A stretch of DNA of 59,295 nt, from the NCBI GenBank assembly GCA_041688385.1, contig JBDNIH010000127.1, positions 1-59,295 on the forward strand, written 5' to 3'. The DNA is from Bacteroidia bacterium. Its GTDB lineage: Bacteria > Bacteroidota > Bacteroidia > UBA7662. The notes under the pieces are model-generated. The model searched no databases and had not been told where the DNA came from. It worked only from the letters and a program-made list of their open reading frames with translations. Made by a program: the position numbers and the translations under genes. Positions 58,279 to 59,295 of the stretch are shown one piece after another (positions within the stretch are counted from its first letter, which is position 1; every line of letters starts with the position of its first letter).

Positions 58279-58911
58279 CTAGCTTAAGGTATAAAACTCT
58301 AGTTTTTCTGTTGTATGCACCCGAATTACCCCAGCGCTGATGAGGTTCACTAAAATTTTACGAGCCCGCCAGGGGGAAATGTTTACGAGTTTGCAGAACG
58401 GCTTGAGTTGAATCCGTTCATTTTTTTCAAGGAACTCTAACAGGCCTTTTTCTTTGGATGAAAACTGAATCAGGCTATTATCGCCAGAACTTTCACGTTT
58501 TAGTACGTCCAACACAAGTTTACTTGCGAGAACACTTTTGTCGGCAACGCGAATATAGGCCCACCACAGGTGATCGTCGGCGCGTGCGTAAATGGGTTTT
58601 TTGTCGACTTTAGGCACATATACCACCAGTACCTGTTTGCCATTTATTTCGGCAAGGTCGTAGCTTATCTCTACGGGCGCTTTGCAAAAAAAACCTGCTG
58701 CGGTATCGATCATGTGTTTTTCTTCTTCCACCTGAACGCCGCGAATGGCTTTGTTGTCGCGTACCCCTATCAGGATCCGGCCGCCGCGTGTATTGGCGAA
58801 AGAACAAATTGTTTTGGCGATTTTGAGGGAGGAACTGATGGTTTCTTTAAAGTCCTGCCGGTCGTGCTCCCCTTCGTCTATCCACTGCTGAAGCTGTCGT
58901 GCACTAATCAT
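58279..58911 (-). CDS. AlbA_2 (Schlafen-like divergent AAA) DNA-binding domain protein with a C-terminal wHTH-like region
   Basis: The N-terminal EGEHDRQDFKETISS...KTICSFANTRGGRILIGV is characteristic of AlbA_2 domains. Confidence 0.7.
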   Translation of the reverse strand: MISARQLQQWIDEGEHDRQDFKETISSSLKIAKTICSFANTRGGRILIGVRDNKAIRGVQVEEEKHMIDTAAGFFCKAPVEISYDLAEINGKQVLVVYVPKVDKKPIYARADDHLWWAYIRVADKSVLASKLVLDVLKRESSGDNSLIQFSSKEKGLLEFLEKNERIQLKPFCKLVNISPWRARKILVNLISAGVIRVHTTEKLEFYTLS

Positions 58912-59246
58912 AATGCTAGAGAAACAGCCGGATCCCAGAAACGGTTTTTAAAATCTATCACCTGGTCCTCTTTTATAATTATCCCCTCTGCTTCAAGTAA
59001 CTCCTGCATGTGGTTGGGGTAAGCAAAGTGGTGTTTGCCGGTGAGCAGGCCGTTCCGGTTTACAACCCGTTGCGCTGGCACGGGTGGGTTTTGGCCATGG
59101 GCGGCATTCATGGCATAACCCACCAATCTCGCCGAGCCCTTACTGCCCAAATAGCTGGCAATGGCACCATAACTCGTTACCCTGCCGGCAGGCACGAGGC
59201 GTACGACTTGGTACACCTGATCAAAAAAGTCGGAAGATTTAAACAT
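58908..59246 (-). CDS. MGMT-family DNA-binding protein lacking the acceptor cysteine (alkyltransferase-like, ATL)
   Basis: 112 aa from the ATG at 59246. It has GRVTSYGAIA, and VPAQRVVN in place of the canonical PCHRV. Its stop overlaps the downstream gene start (ATGA). Confidence 0.78.
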   Translation of the reverse strand: MFKSSDFFDQVYQVVRLVPAGRVTSYGAIASYLGSKGSARLVGYAMNAAHGQNPPVPAQRVVNRNGLLTGKHHFAYPNHMQELLEAEGIIIKEDQVIDFKNRFWDPAVSLAL

Positions 59247-59295
59247 GGGCGGAGACGAAGTCAAATGTAAATTAAATCTAGTGCGAAACGGCAGA

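Noticed and set aside
1-59295. Searched by eye for CRISPR arrays, IS elements or transposases, integrases, phage genes, toxin-antitoxin pairs and restriction-modification genes
   Set aside because: I recognised none. There are no regularly spaced direct repeats and no DDE, tyrosine-recombinase or serine-recombinase signatures. The window looks like core chromosome rather than an accessory island.

Overview
This is a 59.3-kb, densely packed chromosomal segment that looks like a Bacteroidota genome. Supporting signs are TAnnTTTG-type -7 boxes, a fused MurF/Alr gene, an HYC_CC_PP + HMA + TonB-receptor cluster, and YfhO, DUF4834-like and DUF4175-like proteins. I support about 55 protein-coding genes. 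I saw no rRNA, tRNA, CRISPR array, transposase, integrase or phage genes. Content is mostly housekeeping: rimP-nusA-infB, feoAB, upp, four scattered NAD genes (pnuC, nadB, nadA, nadD), mnmG, ybeY, xth, gmk, yicC, recX, murF/alr, gmd-fcl and carB. Three non-coding signals stand out. (1) Two perfect consensus parS sites lie 59 bp apart between mnmG and ybeY (24357-24431). (2) Three perfect TTATCCACA DnaA boxes plus degenerate boxes sit in and next to the 388-bp nadA-nadD spacer (33303-33720), which suggests oriC or a DnaA-titration/regulatory site. (3) A 95-nt three-helix hairpin forms the presumed nadA leader (33370-33464). Four gene sets look under-described. The first is a translationally coupled GT-B glycosyltransferase / CE4-like deacetylase / FemAB-like acyltransferase trio (13929-17286). 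The second is an orphan SpoIIAB-like ATPase coupled to a ~1100-aa coiled-coil membrane protein (24840-28599). The third is a GDP-fucose / Wzx / GT2 / YfhO (GT-C) module (44806-51680). The fourth is an AlbA_2 protein coupled to a cysteine-less alkyltransferase-like protein (58279-59246). None of these is a clear-cut defence island or mobile element. All functional links are hypotheses from sequence motifs and gene order, made without any database search.
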